Source of the DNA: Salinibacter sp.
GTDB taxonomy: Bacteria > Bacteroidota > Rhodothermia > Rhodothermales > Salinibacteraceae
Length of the DNA stretch: 56,058 bases
Assembly: GCA_046498495.1 (NCBI GenBank)
Contig: JAWOAQ010000252.1
Location: 1 to 56,058, forward strand
Reading direction: 5' to 3'
This document shows, piece by piece, positions 1-10,872 of this stretch. The position numbers and the translations under genes are program-made. The notes beneath the pieces are model-generated. The model was given only the letters and a program-made list of their open reading frames with translations. It was not told where the DNA came from and ran no database searches. The first letter of the stretch is position 1, and each line of letters starts with the position of its first letter.

Positions 1-699
1 GCAGCGCGGACGGAATCGGTAGAGGGGCGGCCGCTCCTTGCCCTGGCCGATGGCACGCTCATTCGGTGGATGATCCGGGGGATGAATGATGAGGCGCTGG
101 AGGAGGCCTTAATTGCCCGCTACACCGACTATCTTCAGGCCTTTCGGGACGACCAGCATCCGATCGCGTCCTACGTCAGCATGCCCGCGACCACCGAGGT
201 CGCGAACCTGCTCCGATTCGTGGTGGGCGAGCTGGAGGCGCCCGGATGTGACCTGGACGTGGAGGGGCCAGATGCCCCTCCGCTCGATGGGCTTCTGGAT
301 CGCCACGTGTTCGACGCGGTGCTTCAGGAGGGGGACCGATCCGCGACATTCGGATCGGTGTCTCACATCCAGTCTGCCTACCCGGCCGGCACAGAGGTGT
401 GTTACTTTTATCTCCGAGTCCCGTCGTCCACCGGAGCGGGAGAAATTGCGCGGGTTGAGCTCCCCCGGTGGGTGGCCGACGACGAGGCGCTCTGCGACCG
501 CGTCCACGCCACGGTGCTCCGCGAGTGTGAAAAAGGCGACGGCTATCCGCTGATTTTGTCGGAAGCACACGAGCAGGCCGTCATTCGGGGGCCGGAGCGG
601 GAGGCGTTTTTCCGGCTCGTGGAGCGCCGCCTGCAGCGGGCCGGTCTTTCCGCAACCGCCTCTCGGAAGCGTCGCTCTAAGCAGCGCCCACGGGTTTAG
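1..699 (+). CDS. nurA: NurA-family DNA double-strand break repair nuclease (5'-truncated by window edge)
   Basis: Frame +1 is open from base 1 (GRPLLALADGTLIRWM...). It has the NurA-type LADGTL motif and the C-terminal GYPLILSEAHEQAVI motif, and lies next to a HAS-barrel gene. Confidence 0.85.
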   Translation, partial: AARTESVEGRPLLALADGTLIRWMIRGMNDEALEEALIARYTDYLQAFRDDQHPIASYVSMPATTEVANLLRFVVGELEAPGCDLDVEGPDAPPLDGLLDRHVFDAVLQEGDRSATFGSVSHIQSAYPAGTEVCYFYLRVPSSTGAGEIARVELPRWVADDEALCDRVHATVLRECEKGDGYPLILSEAHEQAVIRGPEREAFFRLVERRLQRAGLSATASRKRRSKQRPRV

Positions 700-769
700 C
701 GTCGCCGCCGGTGCCCACGGGGCGTCGGCATCCCATCAACACCGTTTGTTCTGACGTCTATACACAGCC

Positions 770-1369
770 ATGGACACGTCCGACGCCATTGGGGAGGTCA
801 TCGAGTCGAGTACACGCCGGTTTGTCGCCGAAGTGTACGAGGAGGCTGAGGCCCCGGCGTTTGGGACCTGGGTGCGCGTGCCGCACGCACAAGGGACAGA
901 CCTGTTTGGGCTCGTCAGCCACGTCGAAACCGGGAGCTACGACTCGAACCGGCAGGCCGTTGCCCTTGGGCTCTCACCGGAGGAGCGGGCGGAAGAGATG
1001 CCCATGGTGCAAGAGTTGCTTCGCACCACGGTCCGCGTCCAGCTCCTGGCGTGCCGCGATCCGGAGGGAGACCTCCGCCAGACCCGCCCTCCACACCCGC
1101 CCGACATCCACGACTTTATGTATCCGTGTCCGGACGAGACCCTCCGTGCCCTTGGGGTACCCGCCGATGTACTCCGGACCCTCGTAGAGCATCCCGATCC
1201 GGCCGTCCCTGTCGACGATCTTCTGGTCGCGGTCCTGCGGAGCATCTACAAGGCCCATGGGGGCGAAACAGGGGGACGCCCGGCGCTCGTTGTGGCCGGC
1301 CGCACCCTGAGCCGCCTGCTTGATGATGATCATGAACGCCTCCAGTCTATCCTCCGGCGTGTGCTTTAG
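770..1369 (+). CDS. Stand-alone HAS-barrel domain protein (HerA/NurA-associated)
   Basis: N-terminal IGEVIESSTRRFVAE...PAFGTWV...LFGLVSHVETGS and later P-P-P-x-IH pattern are typical of HAS barrels. It has a helical C-terminus, no Walker A motif, and follows nurA directly. Confidence 0.75.
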   Translation: MDTSDAIGEVIESSTRRFVAEVYEEAEAPAFGTWVRVPHAQGTDLFGLVSHVETGSYDSNRQAVALGLSPEERAEEMPMVQELLRTTVRVQLLACRDPEGDLRQTRPPHPPDIHDFMYPCPDETLRALGVPADVLRTLVEHPDPAVPVDDLLVAVLRSIYKAHGGETGGRPALVVAGRTLSRLLDDDHERLQSILRRVL

Positions 1370-1398
1370 GACCCTGCGTCCCAGGGGCTGGGGTCAAC

Positions 1399-1914
1399 TT
1401 AAAAAATGACTCCGACACGGAGCGGGAAGAGAAGAATCGTGGTTTCAGACCCCACGTATAGACCCGGGTTCACTTCAAAGAAAAAGGAGCTTTCGTTCAG
1501 CAGCCAGACCTTGCCGGCCCCGAGGTGAAAGGTGGGTCCGCTGGTCGCGTCGGTCTTTCCAAATGGCAGGTAGACGCCCGGCCCGCCGAGCACGTAAAAG
1601 GTCTCCTCACCCGATCCCGGAAGGGTTACGATGAGGGACGCCTGGGGGTCGAACGCGTACTTGGCATCGTCGCGCCCTCCAAAGATAAACCCGGTAAAAG
1701 ACGTTCCAAATCCGAGGGACACATCGCGATTGATGGGGGCCGACACGCGAAAACGGACCCCGGGTCCCACGTCCAGATTGTTCTTGTCGTTCACGGTGGT
1801 ACTCAGCATTTGCAAGCCCACGCCGTAGCGAGGGGATTGCTGGGCGACCGCCTCTGGCGGAAGGGTCAGCACGAGGGCGAGTGCGATGAGGGCTGCAGAA
1901 AGACGGAAACGCAT
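1399..1914 (-). CDS. Outer-membrane beta-barrel protein (OmpA/porin-like small barrel)
   Basis: Signal peptide ending AVA-Q, alternating hydrophobic beta strands, C-terminal RVGVIF with terminal Phe (BAM signal). Confidence 0.75.
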   Translation of the reverse strand: MRFRLSAALIALALVLTLPPEAVAQQSPRYGVGLQMLSTTVNDKNNLDVGPGVRFRVSAPINRDVSLGFGTSFTGFIFGGRDDAKYAFDPQASLIVTLPGSGEETFYVLGGPGVYLPFGKTDATSGPTFHLGAGKVWLLNESSFFFEVNPGLYVGSETTILLFPLRVGVIF

Positions 1915-2114
1915 AGAGACGGGGGGACTGTGGAATCAAGCCGAGACAGTGGTCGTAGCATCCGATCCCGTAGGACACCTACCGAGCCGGATGCAAGTGG
2001 CATCACGATGAGAAGAAACGCACCGGCGCCCTCAAACGCAGTGTCCCCATCAACGGTTTTCCGACGGGGCGCTCCGGTCGCACCATTCCGTATTTTCCCA
2101 ACCGACACCGTCCC

Positions 2115-3362
2115 ATGTCTCCCTCCGAACAGACGATCGATCCTACTACACAGAACGGAACGGCCGATGCCGTGTCGTCCACATGGGATCCTGCGGCATT
2201 CGAGGCGCCGGATTTCTTTGATTTAGATTCGGTGCTACCTGAAGATGCGAAAGCGCTACGGGATGAGGTCCGGGCATTCGTGACGGACGAGGTGGAACCC
2301 ATTCTCGAAAAGTACGCGCAGCGTGCCGAGTTTCCGCGACACCTCATTCCAGCGTTTGCCGACCATGGACTGCTGGGCCCTCACCTCCCGGAAGAATACG
2401 GAGGCGGCGGGCACGGCAACATGGTGTACGGGCTCATGATGCAGGAGGTGGAGCGGGGCGATTCGGGCCTTCGGTCCTTTTGCTCCGTAACGGGGTCCCT
2501 CGTCATGTATCCCATCGTGCGCTACGGCAGCGAGGCGCAGAAAGAGCGCTGGCTTCCGTCGCTTGCGCAGGGAACGGCGATTGGGTGTTTCGGGCTTACG
2601 GAACCGGACGTGGGGTCAAATCCGTCGGCAATGCAGACCCGGGCTCGCCGGGACGGAGACGATTGGATTTTGAGCGGGCACAAGCGATGGTCCACCAACG
2701 CGTCGATTGCGGACGTTGCGGTGATCTGGGCGAAAGACGAAGAGGGCACCGTTCGCGGCTTCCTGGTCGAGACGGACCGGGAGGGCGTGTCGACCCCGAC
2801 GATCGACGACACGTGGTCGCTCCGGGCGGCGGTTACGAGCGAGGTGGTGCTCGACGAGGTGCGGGTTCCAGAGGCCCATCGGCTGCCGACGGCCGAAGGT
2901 TTGAAGGCCCCGCTCTCGTGCCTCACACAGGCGCGGTACGGGATCTGTTGGGGCGTCGTGGGAGCGGCGATGGCCTGCTACGATGCCGCCCGCCAACACG
3001 CTGTGAACCGAGAGCAGTTTGGGCAGCCCATCGGCAATTTCCAACTCATCCAGGAGCGGCTGGTGGAGATGGTTCAGGACATCACGACGGCCCAACTCCT
3101 CAACTGGCGCCTTGGCACGCTCAAGGATGAGGGACGGATGCGCCCGCAACAGGTGTCCCTCGCGAAGCGCAATAATTGCGAAATGGCCCTGGAGGTGGCC
3201 CGGTCGGCCCGCCAGGTGCTCGGCGGGAACGGCGTAACCAGCATGTATCCCGTAATGCGGCACATGGCCAACCTCGAGAGCGTGGTGACCTACGAAGGGA
3301 CCCACGAGGTGCACACGCTCGTGGTGGGCCAGGAGGTGACGGGCCTGAACGCCTTTACCTAA
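2115..3362 (+). CDS. Acyl-CoA dehydrogenase, glutaryl-CoA dehydrogenase-like
   Basis: [30 protein letters not shown] and TYEGTHEVH motifs of the GcdH-like subfamily. Confidence 0.88.
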   Translation: MSPSEQTIDPTTQNGTADAVSSTWDPAAFEAPDFFDLDSVLPEDAKALRDEVRAFVTDEVEPILEKYAQRAEFPRHLIPAFADHGLLGPHLPEEYGGGGHGNMVYGLMMQEVERGDSGLRSFCSVTGSLVMYPIVRYGSEAQKERWLPSLAQGTAIGCFGLTEPDVGSNPSAMQTRARRDGDDWILSGHKRWSTNASIADVAVIWAKDEEGTVRGFLVETDREGVSTPTIDDTWSLRAAVTSEVVLDEVRVPEAHRLPTAEGLKAPLSCLTQARYGICWGVVGAAMACYDAARQHAVNREQFGQPIGNFQLIQERLVEMVQDITTAQLLNWRLGTLKDEGRMRPQQVSLAKRNNCEMALEVARSARQVLGGNGVTSMYPVMRHMANLESVVTYEGTHEVHTLVVGQEVTGLNAFT

Positions 3363-6031
3363 CGAGACGAATCGTCCGGCGCGAGGGCGGCCTGTGCGGC
3401 TGCCAGTCGTGCCACCGGCACGCGGTACGGGGAGCACGAGACATAGTCCAGATCGGTCTCATAGCAGAAGCGGACCGATGCCGGTTCCCCGCCGTGCTCG
3501 CCGCAGATGCCGACCTTCAGGGTATCGGACGCCCCCCGGCCGCGCTCGGTCGCCATCTCCACCAGTTCGCCCACGCCGTCCCGATCGAGGACGCGGAACG
3601 GATCGTGTGCCAACAGACCGTTCTCCAGGTAATACGGCAAGAACGATCCGGCGTCGTCTCGGCTAAAGCCGAAGGCCATTTGGGTTAAGTCGTTGGTACC
3701 GAACGAGAAAAAGTCTGCCGTCTCAGCGATGGCATCGGCACAGAGGGCAGCCCGTGGCACCTCGATCATGGTGCCCACCTGATACTCCACCGATGCCCCG
3801 CGCTCGTCGAACACGGTCGTCGCCACGTCGTCAATAAGGTCCTTCTGATTCCTGAACTCGGCTTCCGTGGCAATGAGGGGGACCATGATCTCTGGCTGCA
3901 CGTCGACGCCGTCGGCCTCCACATCGAGCGCTGCTTCAAAGATGGCGCGCGCCTGCATTCTCGTGATGGAGGGGTGCGTGATGCCGAGGCGGCAGCCCCG
4001 GTGCCCCAGCATCGGATTGAACTCCTCCAGGCCATTGAGTCCGGCCTGAATCGCATCGACAGGGCGGCCCAGCCGCTTGGCAAGGGCTGCCTGTTCATCC
4101 GGGTCCGTAGGGAGGAATTCGTGGAGGGGGGGATCCAGCAGGCGGATGGTGACTGGGTGCCCGTCCATTGCCTGGAAGATGTCGCGAAAGTCATCGCGCT
4201 GGTAGGGGAGCAGGTCCGTCAGTGCCTCTCGCCGATCCGCTTCATCCTCGGCCAGGATCATCCGCCGCATCTTCGTGATGCGCTCGTCGCCGAAGAACAT
4301 GTGTTCGGTGCGGCAGAGACCAATTCCTTCCGCGCCAAATTCGAGTGCCTGCTCGGCGTCGGAGCGGGTGTCGGCGTTGGTACGCACGCCCATGTCGCGG
4401 AAGGAATCGACCCACTCCATGAAACGGGAAAACTCGCCGCTCATCTCGGGGTCCACAAGGGGCTGCTTGCCCTGAATGACGTCGCCGGTCGTACCATTGA
4501 TTGAAATCCAGTCCCCCTCTTCGACTGTGACGTCCCCGTTGGTGAACGAGCGGGCGGCTTCATCCACGACAATATCGCTGCAGCCCGCCACGCACGGTTT
4601 GCCCCAGCCCCGGGCCACGACAGCGGCGTGGGAGGTCATGCCACCACGGGCGGTGAGAATTCCCTTCGCCGCATCCATCCCGCCGACGTCCTCCGGGCTT
4701 GTCTCGGTGCGCACGAGGATGACGTCGTGCCCCTCCTCGCGCCAGGCCTCTGCGTCTTCGGCGGAGAAAACAGCCTGACCCACAGCCGCCCCCGGAGAGG
4801 CTGCAAGACCCGTTCCCAGCACGGCGTCGGGGTCCGTGTTCTCGTCCGCAAACCGAGGGTGGAGGAGTTGCTCCAGGTGCCTTGGTTCTACGAGGTTGTG
4901 CACGGCATGGGCTGTGTCCACCAATTCGTCCTGCACCATATCCACGGCAATCTGCACCGCTGCTGGGCCGGTTCGCTTGCCGTCGCGAGTTTGTAGGATA
5001 TACAGCGTCCCCTCCTGCACTGTAAATTCCAGGTCCTGCATGTCGCCGTAGTGCTCCTCCAAGGTGGTACAGACCTCCTCGAGGTGACTATAGATGTCCG
5101 GCATCTCATCGGCGAGCTCTTGAATATCGCGCGGCGTACGGATGCCCGCCACCACGTCCTCGCCCTGTGCGTTGGGCAGAAATTCCCCGTAGAGTTCCGA
5201 CTCGCCCGTCGACGGATTGCGCGTAAAGCAGACGCCGGTGCCACTCCGCTCGCCCATGTTGCCAAACACCATGGCCTGCACGGTCACGGCGGTGCCGCGG
5301 AGGCCGTGAATGTCATTGATTTGTCGATAGCGGACGGCCCGCTCGTTCATCCAGGACTCGAAGACAGCATCAATCGCCTGCTCCAACTGCTCATACGGGT
5401 CTTCAGGGAACGGGTGGCCCGTCGCCTCGCGGTAGATCTCCTTGTATTGATCCACCAGCGTCTTGAGGTCCTGCCCCGAGAGGTCGAGATCGTTCGCTGC
5501 GTCTCGTTTATCCTTAAGGGCGGAGAGGGCCTGCTCGAAACGGCTGCGGTCGATGCCCATCACTACGTCCCCAAACATGTCGATCAGGCGCCGATAGGCA
5601 TCGAACGCCACCCGGCCGTCGTCCATAATGGAGCCAAGCCCCTCCGCCACGTCGTCGTTGAGTCCCAGGTTCAGCACCGTATCCATCATGCCGGGCATGG
5701 ACTGGGCGGCGCCACTCCGGACCGACACGAGGAGGGGGCGGGTGGCATTGCCAAATTCGAGGTCCATCGCGTCCTCAATATGACGAACGCCATCTTTTAC
5801 CTCAGCGGCAAGCCCGTCAGGCCACGACCCGTCGTGCTCGACATAGTACGCACACACGTCCGTCGGAATCGTAAAGCCCGCCGGGACGGGCAGCCCAATG
5901 GTGCTCATCTCGTTCAGGTTGGCGCCTTTTCCGCCGAGCAGATCCGTTTGGTCGCGGTTGCCCTCAGCGGCACCGTTGCCGAAGCGGTAGGCGAGTTTCT
6001 TCTGTTTCGAGGGAGCAGGGGAACGGGACAT
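3359..6031 (-). CDS. ppdK: Pyruvate, phosphate dikinase
   Basis: [38 protein letters not shown] (phospho-His), [20 protein letters not shown]. Start taken at ATG 6031 (MSRSPAP). Confidence 0.97.
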   Translation of the reverse strand: MSRSPAPSKQKKLAYRFGNGAAEGNRDQTDLLGGKGANLNEMSTIGLPVPAGFTIPTDVCAYYVEHDGSWPDGLAAEVKDGVRHIEDAMDLEFGNATRPLLVSVRSGAAQSMPGMMDTVLNLGLNDDVAEGLGSIMDDGRVAFDAYRRLIDMFGDVVMGIDRSRFEQALSALKDKRDAANDLDLSGQDLKTLVDQYKEIYREATGHPFPEDPYEQLEQAIDAVFESWMNERAVRYRQINDIHGLRGTAVTVQAMVFGNMGERSGTGVCFTRNPSTGESELYGEFLPNAQGEDVVAGIRTPRDIQELADEMPDIYSHLEEVCTTLEEHYGDMQDLEFTVQEGTLYILQTRDGKRTGPAAVQIAVDMVQDELVDTAHAVHNLVEPRHLEQLLHPRFADENTDPDAVLGTGLAASPGAAVGQAVFSAEDAEAWREEGHDVILVRTETSPEDVGGMDAAKGILTARGGMTSHAAVVARGWGKPCVAGCSDIVVDEAARSFTNGDVTVEEGDWISINGTTGDVIQGKQPLVDPEMSGEFSRFMEWVDSFRDMGVRTNADTRSDAEQALEFGAEGIGLCRTEHMFFGDERITKMRRMILAEDEADRREALTDLLPYQRDDFRDIFQAMDGHPVTIRLLDPPLHEFLPTDPDEQAALAKRLGRPVDAIQAGLNGLEEFNPMLGHRGCRLGITHPSITRMQARAIFEAALDVEADGVDVQPEIMVPLIATEAEFRNQKDLIDDVATTVFDERGASVEYQVGTMIEVPRAALCADAIAETADFFSFGTNDLTQMAFGFSRDDAGSFLPYYLENGLLAHDPFRVLDRDGVGELVEMATERGRGASDTLKVGICGEHGGEPASVRFCYETDLDYVSCSPYRVPVARLAAAQAALAPDDSSR

Positions 6032-6388
6032 CGTGTGTGAGGCGAAAAGGAAAAAGAATGGCGTGGCGTCTGGAAGGGCTTCCAACAAAACCGACGGGCA
6101 ACCGATTCAAGGCATGTCTTACGCAGACGAAATGGATTGCAGGGCCCAGACGTTGGTGTTACGACCCTGCAATTGTACACGGGACGTGCGAAGACCGACC
6201 GGTCTGGCACCGGGTTTGCGCACATTATGAATGCTGCAGCCATAGAGAAAGTTCGTACAAAGCGACAGCATAGCACGCCACCCTGTCACGGCACGCCCTC
6301 CGACATTGTGGCAGTCTGGTCACCGCGACGCACGTACCGGCGAATGCACACAGTATCAGCGATCTCCTAAACACCAACCTACACCAGT

Positions 6389-6979
6389 ATGGCTACCACA
6401 ACCAAGCACAAACAGACAGATACGCAGCATGGCGAGCCCTGGCGTCCTCAGCAGATGATCGAGGAGAACCCGGTGGGGATCGCCCAGGAAGCCGCCGAGC
6501 AACTCATCCCGAAGCTGGATGAGATCCAGTGCACCCTCTGGACCCAGTATCATCAGTACCACAAGCACCACTGGCTCGTGGAGGGGCCGCAGTTCCCGGA
6601 CCTCCACGACTTTTTTGAGGAGCACTACATGGAGGTGCACAAATACGTTGACCGCGTGGCCGAGCGCATCACGGCCCTCGGCGGGATCCCCACGAGCAGC
6701 CCGGCGCAGCAAGCAGAACTGTCGCACGTGGAGCATGAGCCAGAAGGCACGTACCGCCTTCGCAAAATGCTCCAGCACGACATCGACGCGGAGCGCACGC
6801 TGTGCGGACAGCTTCGCGAGGCCATCAACCTGGCCATCGAGCATGGGGACCACGGCACCAAGCGGGAGCTCCAGAAGGTGTTGACGAAGGCGGAAGACCG
6901 CGCCCACCACATCGATCACCTTCTTGGCGACGACTCCCTGGAAATGGGCCTGACGGCAGAGGAGCCGGTTCAGGGATAA
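6389..6979 (+). CDS. dps: Dps/DpsA DNA starvation/stationary phase protection protein (mini-ferritin)
   Basis: HHWLVEGPQFPDLHDFFEE, DRVAERITALGG and GDHGT ferroxidase-centre motifs. Confidence 0.93.
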   Translation: MATTTKHKQTDTQHGEPWRPQQMIEENPVGIAQEAAEQLIPKLDEIQCTLWTQYHQYHKHHWLVEGPQFPDLHDFFEEHYMEVHKYVDRVAERITALGGIPTSSPAQQAELSHVEHEPEGTYRLRKMLQHDIDAERTLCGQLREAINLAIEHGDHGTKRELQKVLTKAEDRAHHIDHLLGDDSLEMGLTAEEPVQG

Positions 6980-7004
6980 TTCCGTTTACACTGTCACGGG
7001 ATCT

Positions 7005-7047
7005 GAGCGGCCTGTCGTCACGTTTGGCGACAGGCCGCTCGTGTTTG
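7005..7047 (+). terminator. Probable intrinsic terminator/stem-loop downstream of dps
   Basis: GAGCGGCCTGTCGTCA (7005-7020) pairs with TGGCGACAGGCCGCTC (7025-7040), one G-U. The T tail is weak (GTGTTTG). Confidence 0.6.
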
Positions 7048-7242
7048 TCTGAGCGTCTGCGAAGGCCCTACCTCGAGCGCACCGGTGGAATTCCGCCCGC
7101 CAATCCCCGGAGGTTACAGAAAGTACAGGAACGACCCTCCGGGAAAAGGCGTGCCTTTGGGGCCGTTCATCTCCTCCCGCGATGCTGAGAACCGAGTGTC
7201 GCGAGAGATTGTCTCACATTGTTTCCCCCACATCGCTTTTCC

Positions 7243-9861
7243 ATGAAGCACCTTGTCGTTGTTGAGTCCCCGACCAAAGCGCGCACCATCCGCGCGTTCT
7301 TGCCGTCGGACGGATTCCGGATTGAGGCCAGCATGGGACACATTCGCGACCTGCCCGCCTCGGCAAAAGAAATTCCCTCGGAGTACAAGGACGAAGACTG
7401 GTCCCGCCTTGGCGTGAAGGTCAACAATGGCTTCGAGCCCCTTTACGTGGTGCCGTCGGACAAGAAGGACGTGGTGAACACGCTGCGGTCGGCCCTGGCC
7501 GACGCCGACAGCCTGTACATCGCCACCGATGAGGACCGGGAAGGAGAGTCCATTGGGTGGCACTTGGTGCAGGTGTTGGATCCCGACGTGCCTGTTGAGC
7601 GCATGGTCTTCCACGAGATTACGGAGGAGGCCATCCAGCGAGCCCTTGACGAGACCCGCGACATTGACGAGCACCTGGTGGAGGCACAGCAGGCCCGCCG
7701 GATCCTCGACCGCCTCGTGGGCTACTCGATTTCTCCGCTGCTTTGGCGCAAGATCAAACCCAAACTCTCGGCGGGGCGAGTGCAGAGCGTGGCGGTGCGA
7801 CTGCTGGTCCTCCGAGAAAAAGAACGCATCACGTTTATCCCGGCCACGTACTGGGATCTAAAGGCACAACTCCAAAAGCAGGGGCTGGAGTTTGAAGCAG
7901 AAATGACCCACCTTGGGGACGTTCGCCTTGCCTCCGGAAAGGATTTTGACGAGGATACCGGCCGCCTCAAAGAGGAGCGTACCGAGGGCGAGGATGTCCG
8001 GCTGCTTGATGAGGAGGCGGCCACGAACCTGGCAGAGCGCCTCCCAGATCGGCCCTGGCGCGTGGCCGACCGAAAGGAGCGGACCCGAACGAAGTCTCCC
8101 TACGCGCCCTTTATTACGTCCACGCTTCAACAAGAGGCAAACCGCAAGCTTAATCTGTCGTCCGGCCGCACGATGAGCATCGCCCAGCGGCTCTACGAGA
8201 ACGGGCACATTACGTACATGCGGACCGACTCTACGAACCTGTCGGACGAGGCCGTATCGGGCGCGCGCCGCACTGTGGCTGCCCGCTATGGCGACGAGTA
8301 TCTCAGCGACGGCGTGCGCCAGTATCGCTCCTCCGACAGTGCCCAGGAGGCGCACGAGGCCATTCGCCCGGCGGGGGCCGCCATGAAAACGAAGGAGGAG
8401 ATAGGCCTGACGGGCATGGAGGGCGCGCTCTACGACCTGATCTGGAAGCGGACCCTTGCCACCCAGATGGCCGACGCCAAGGTGCGGTACGTGAACGTGT
8501 ACTTCGAGGCCGATGCCGGGGAGGAGACGGCCCGCTTCCGGGCCTCCGGAAAGTACATCGACTTTCCCGGGTTCTTCCGCGCCTACGTCGAGGGATCAGA
8601 CGACCCGGAGGCCGAACTCGAGAATCGGGAACGGCCGCTCCCCGACCTGGACGTTGGGGAGACCTCCATCAATGGCGAGGACAACACCGAAGCGGGGCCA
8701 TCGGAGAATGGACAGCGCGGCCTCCGCGTCCGGGACATCGAGCCCATTGGGCACGAGACCCAGCCCCCGTCCCGGTACACTGAGGCCTCACTCGTAAAGA
8801 CGCTGGAGGAAGAGGGCATCGGGCGGCCGTCCACCTACGCCTCTATTATCGATACCATCCAGAGGCGCGGGTACGTGCGGAAGCAGGGCAGTTCGCTGGT
8901 GCCCACCTTTACCGCCTTTGCGACCAACAACCTCATGGAGGCTCAGTTTGAGCCGCTGGTGGACCCGCACTTTACGGCCAAGATGGAAGATACGCTCGAC
9001 AACATTGCCCGTGGCGGAGAGGCGCCGGACCCGTACCTCCGTGAGTTTTACAAGGGAGAAAAGGGGCTGGAGAACCGCGTTGAGGAGGCCCTCGATAAAA
9101 TCGACGGCCGCGAAATCAGCGAGATCCGCTTCCCTGAGCAGTGGGGGGATTACGTGGTGCGCGTCGGGAAGTATGGTCCGTACGTGGAGGGGCCGATGAA
9201 TGACTCGACCGTCACGGCGTCTCTGCCGGATGATCTGGCACCCGGTGACACGACGAAGGAGAAGTTGCAGGAGATTTTAGAGGATGCGAACCAGGGAGAT
9301 CGTGTCCTGGGCATCCATCCTGAAGTCGATCAGCCGGTTCTCCTCAAATCGGGGCCATACGGACCGTACGTACAGCTGGGTGACAACGATCAGGAAGGAA
9401 AGCCGAAACGCGTTTCGCTTCCCCCGGGTGTTGAGCCGGCCGAGGTTGACTTCGATCTCGGCCTCCAGATCATCGACCTGCCCCGTGAGCTTGGGGAGCA
9501 CCCTGAAAGTGGCCAGCCCATCACGGCCAATATTGGCCGCTACGGTCCCTACGTGAAACACAAGGGGACCTTTGCCTCCCTGAAGGACGCGGACGATGTG
9601 CTAACGGTGGGCCTCGATCGGGCCCTCGAACTCCTTCGGGCACAGGAGGACCGCAACAAGCCGGATCGGGTGATTGGAGACCATCCCGGAAGTGGCGAGT
9701 CGGTTGAGGTCTGGACGGGGCGCTACGGACCCTACGTAAAGCACGACGGCACCAACGCCTCATTGAAGGACGACCAGTCGATTGAGGAGCTTACGATGGA
9801 CGAGGCCCTGGACCTACTTGCGGAGAAGGGAGACAAGGCGACCCAGAAGGTCCGCAACTAG
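7243..9861 (+). CDS. topA: DNA topoisomerase I (type IA) with C-terminal repeats instead of Zn ribbons
   Basis: LVVVESPTKA, ATDEDREGE, SAGRVQS, ITYMRTDS (catalytic Tyr), AQEAHEAIRP, GIGRPSTY, and four G[KPR]YGPYV C-terminal repeats. ATG at 7243. Confidence 0.97.
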   Translation: MKHLVVVESPTKARTIRAFLPSDGFRIEASMGHIRDLPASAKEIPSEYKDEDWSRLGVKVNNGFEPLYVVPSDKKDVVNTLRSALADADSLYIATDEDREGESIGWHLVQVLDPDVPVERMVFHEITEEAIQRALDETRDIDEHLVEAQQARRILDRLVGYSISPLLWRKIKPKLSAGRVQSVAVRLLVLREKERITFIPATYWDLKAQLQKQGLEFEAEMTHLGDVRLASGKDFDEDTGRLKEERTEGEDVRLLDEEAATNLAERLPDRPWRVADRKERTRTKSPYAPFITSTLQQEANRKLNLSSGRTMSIAQRLYENGHITYMRTDSTNLSDEAVSGARRTVAARYGDEYLSDGVRQYRSSDSAQEAHEAIRPAGAAMKTKEEIGLTGMEGALYDLIWKRTLATQMADAKVRYVNVYFEADAGEETARFRASGKYIDFPGFFRAYVEGSDDPEAELENRERPLPDLDVGETSINGEDNTEAGPSENGQRGLRVRDIEPIGHETQPPSRYTEASLVKTLEEEGIGRPSTYASIIDTIQRRGYVRKQGSSLVPTFTAFATNNLMEAQFEPLVDPHFTAKMEDTLDNIARGGEAPDPYLREFYKGEKGLENRVEEALDKIDGREISEIRFPEQWGDYVVRVGKYGPYVEGPMNDSTVTASLPDDLAPGDTTKEKLQEILEDANQGDRVLGIHPEVDQPVLLKSGPYGPYVQLGDNDQEGKPKRVSLPPGVEPAEVDFDLGLQIIDLPRELGEHPESGQPITANIGRYGPYVKHKGTFASLKDADDVLTVGLDRALELLRAQEDRNKPDRVIGDHPGSGESVEVWTGRYGPYVKHDGTNASLKDDQSIEELTMDEALDLLAEKGDKATQKVRN

Positions 9862-9894
9862 ACGATCGCAGGGGAGCGAACGGCGTCCTGCCTC

Positions 9895-10872
9895 TTATTG
9901 GGGACGGCGGCGCTCCTCCGCTTCCTGCAGGGAGGCCAGGATGTGGAGGTAGCTCTCGTACCGGCTCGGGTGTACGTGCCCCAGTTCAACCGCATCCTTT
10001 ATGGCACACCCGGGCTCGTGGTCGTGGGTGCAGTCGGGAAATTTGCAGGCGTTCACGTACGGGGCAAGGTCCGGAAAAAAGTGTGCGAGGTCCTTTGGGT
10101 GCACGTCCCGAAGTCCAAACTCGCGGATGCCGGGAGTGTCCACCACGTATCCGCCAAACGAGAGCGGGTGCAGCTCGGCGTGGGTGGTGGTGTGGGTGCC
10201 CTTGCGGGTGCTTTCGCTCACCTCCCCGGTCTCGACGTCCAGGCCGGGCTCAATGGCATTGAGCAGACTTGATTTGCCGGTGCCGGAGGGGCCTGTGACC
10301 ACGCTCGTGTGGTGCTGGAAGGCCTGGCGCACCTGGTTGAGCCGGAGCCCCTGGGTCGCACTCGTGAGCAGGACCGGGTAGCCCAGATCGTGGTAGCGGA
10401 GGTGCAGGTTCATCACTGCAGGCTGCTCCTGCAGGCCCATCAAATCCATCTTGTTGATGAGGAGGCCCGCGGGAATCTCGTTCACCGCCGCGGCCACAAG
10501 GAGCCGGTCGATAAACGCCGGGTTGAACCGGGGGCGCGCAACCGACTGCATGATCCAGACGCGATCGATATTTGACACCATCACGTGCTCTTCGCCGGTT
10601 CGGTGACCGGCGGCACGTCGACTAAGCTTGTTCTTGCGCTCGTGGATGTCGGTGATGAAACCGGTGTCGTCCTCGTCGTTGATTCGAATCGTTACCCGAT
10701 CGCCAACCGCTACCGGATTGGTTACGTTCTGGTGGGTGAGCCGGAACTTCCCGCGGATGCGGGAGGGGATGACGCGATCGCCGACGCGAACGTCGTACCA
10801 GCTGCCGGTCGAGCACGTCACGGTGCCGTCCACGGAGGGGGCCTCCGCATTGCGAGAAGAGGACGCACTCAT
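9895..10872 (-). CDS. rsgA: Ribosome small subunit-dependent GTPase A
   Basis: Circularly permuted GTPase (NKMD, GPSGTGKSS, GTHTTT, DTPG) with Zn site CKFPDCTHDHEPGC. Confidence 0.95.
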   Translation of the reverse strand: MSASSSRNAEAPSVDGTVTCSTGSWYDVRVGDRVIPSRIRGKFRLTHQNVTNPVAVGDRVTIRINDEDDTGFITDIHERKNKLSRRAAGHRTGEEHVMVSNIDRVWIMQSVARPRFNPAFIDRLLVAAAVNEIPAGLLINKMDLMGLQEQPAVMNLHLRYHDLGYPVLLTSATQGLRLNQVRQAFQHHTSVVTGPSGTGKSSLLNAIEPGLDVETGEVSESTRKGTHTTTHAELHPLSFGGYVVDTPGIREFGLRDVHPKDLAHFFPDLAPYVNACKFPDCTHDHEPGCAIKDAVELGHVHPSRYESYLHILASLQEAEERRRPQ

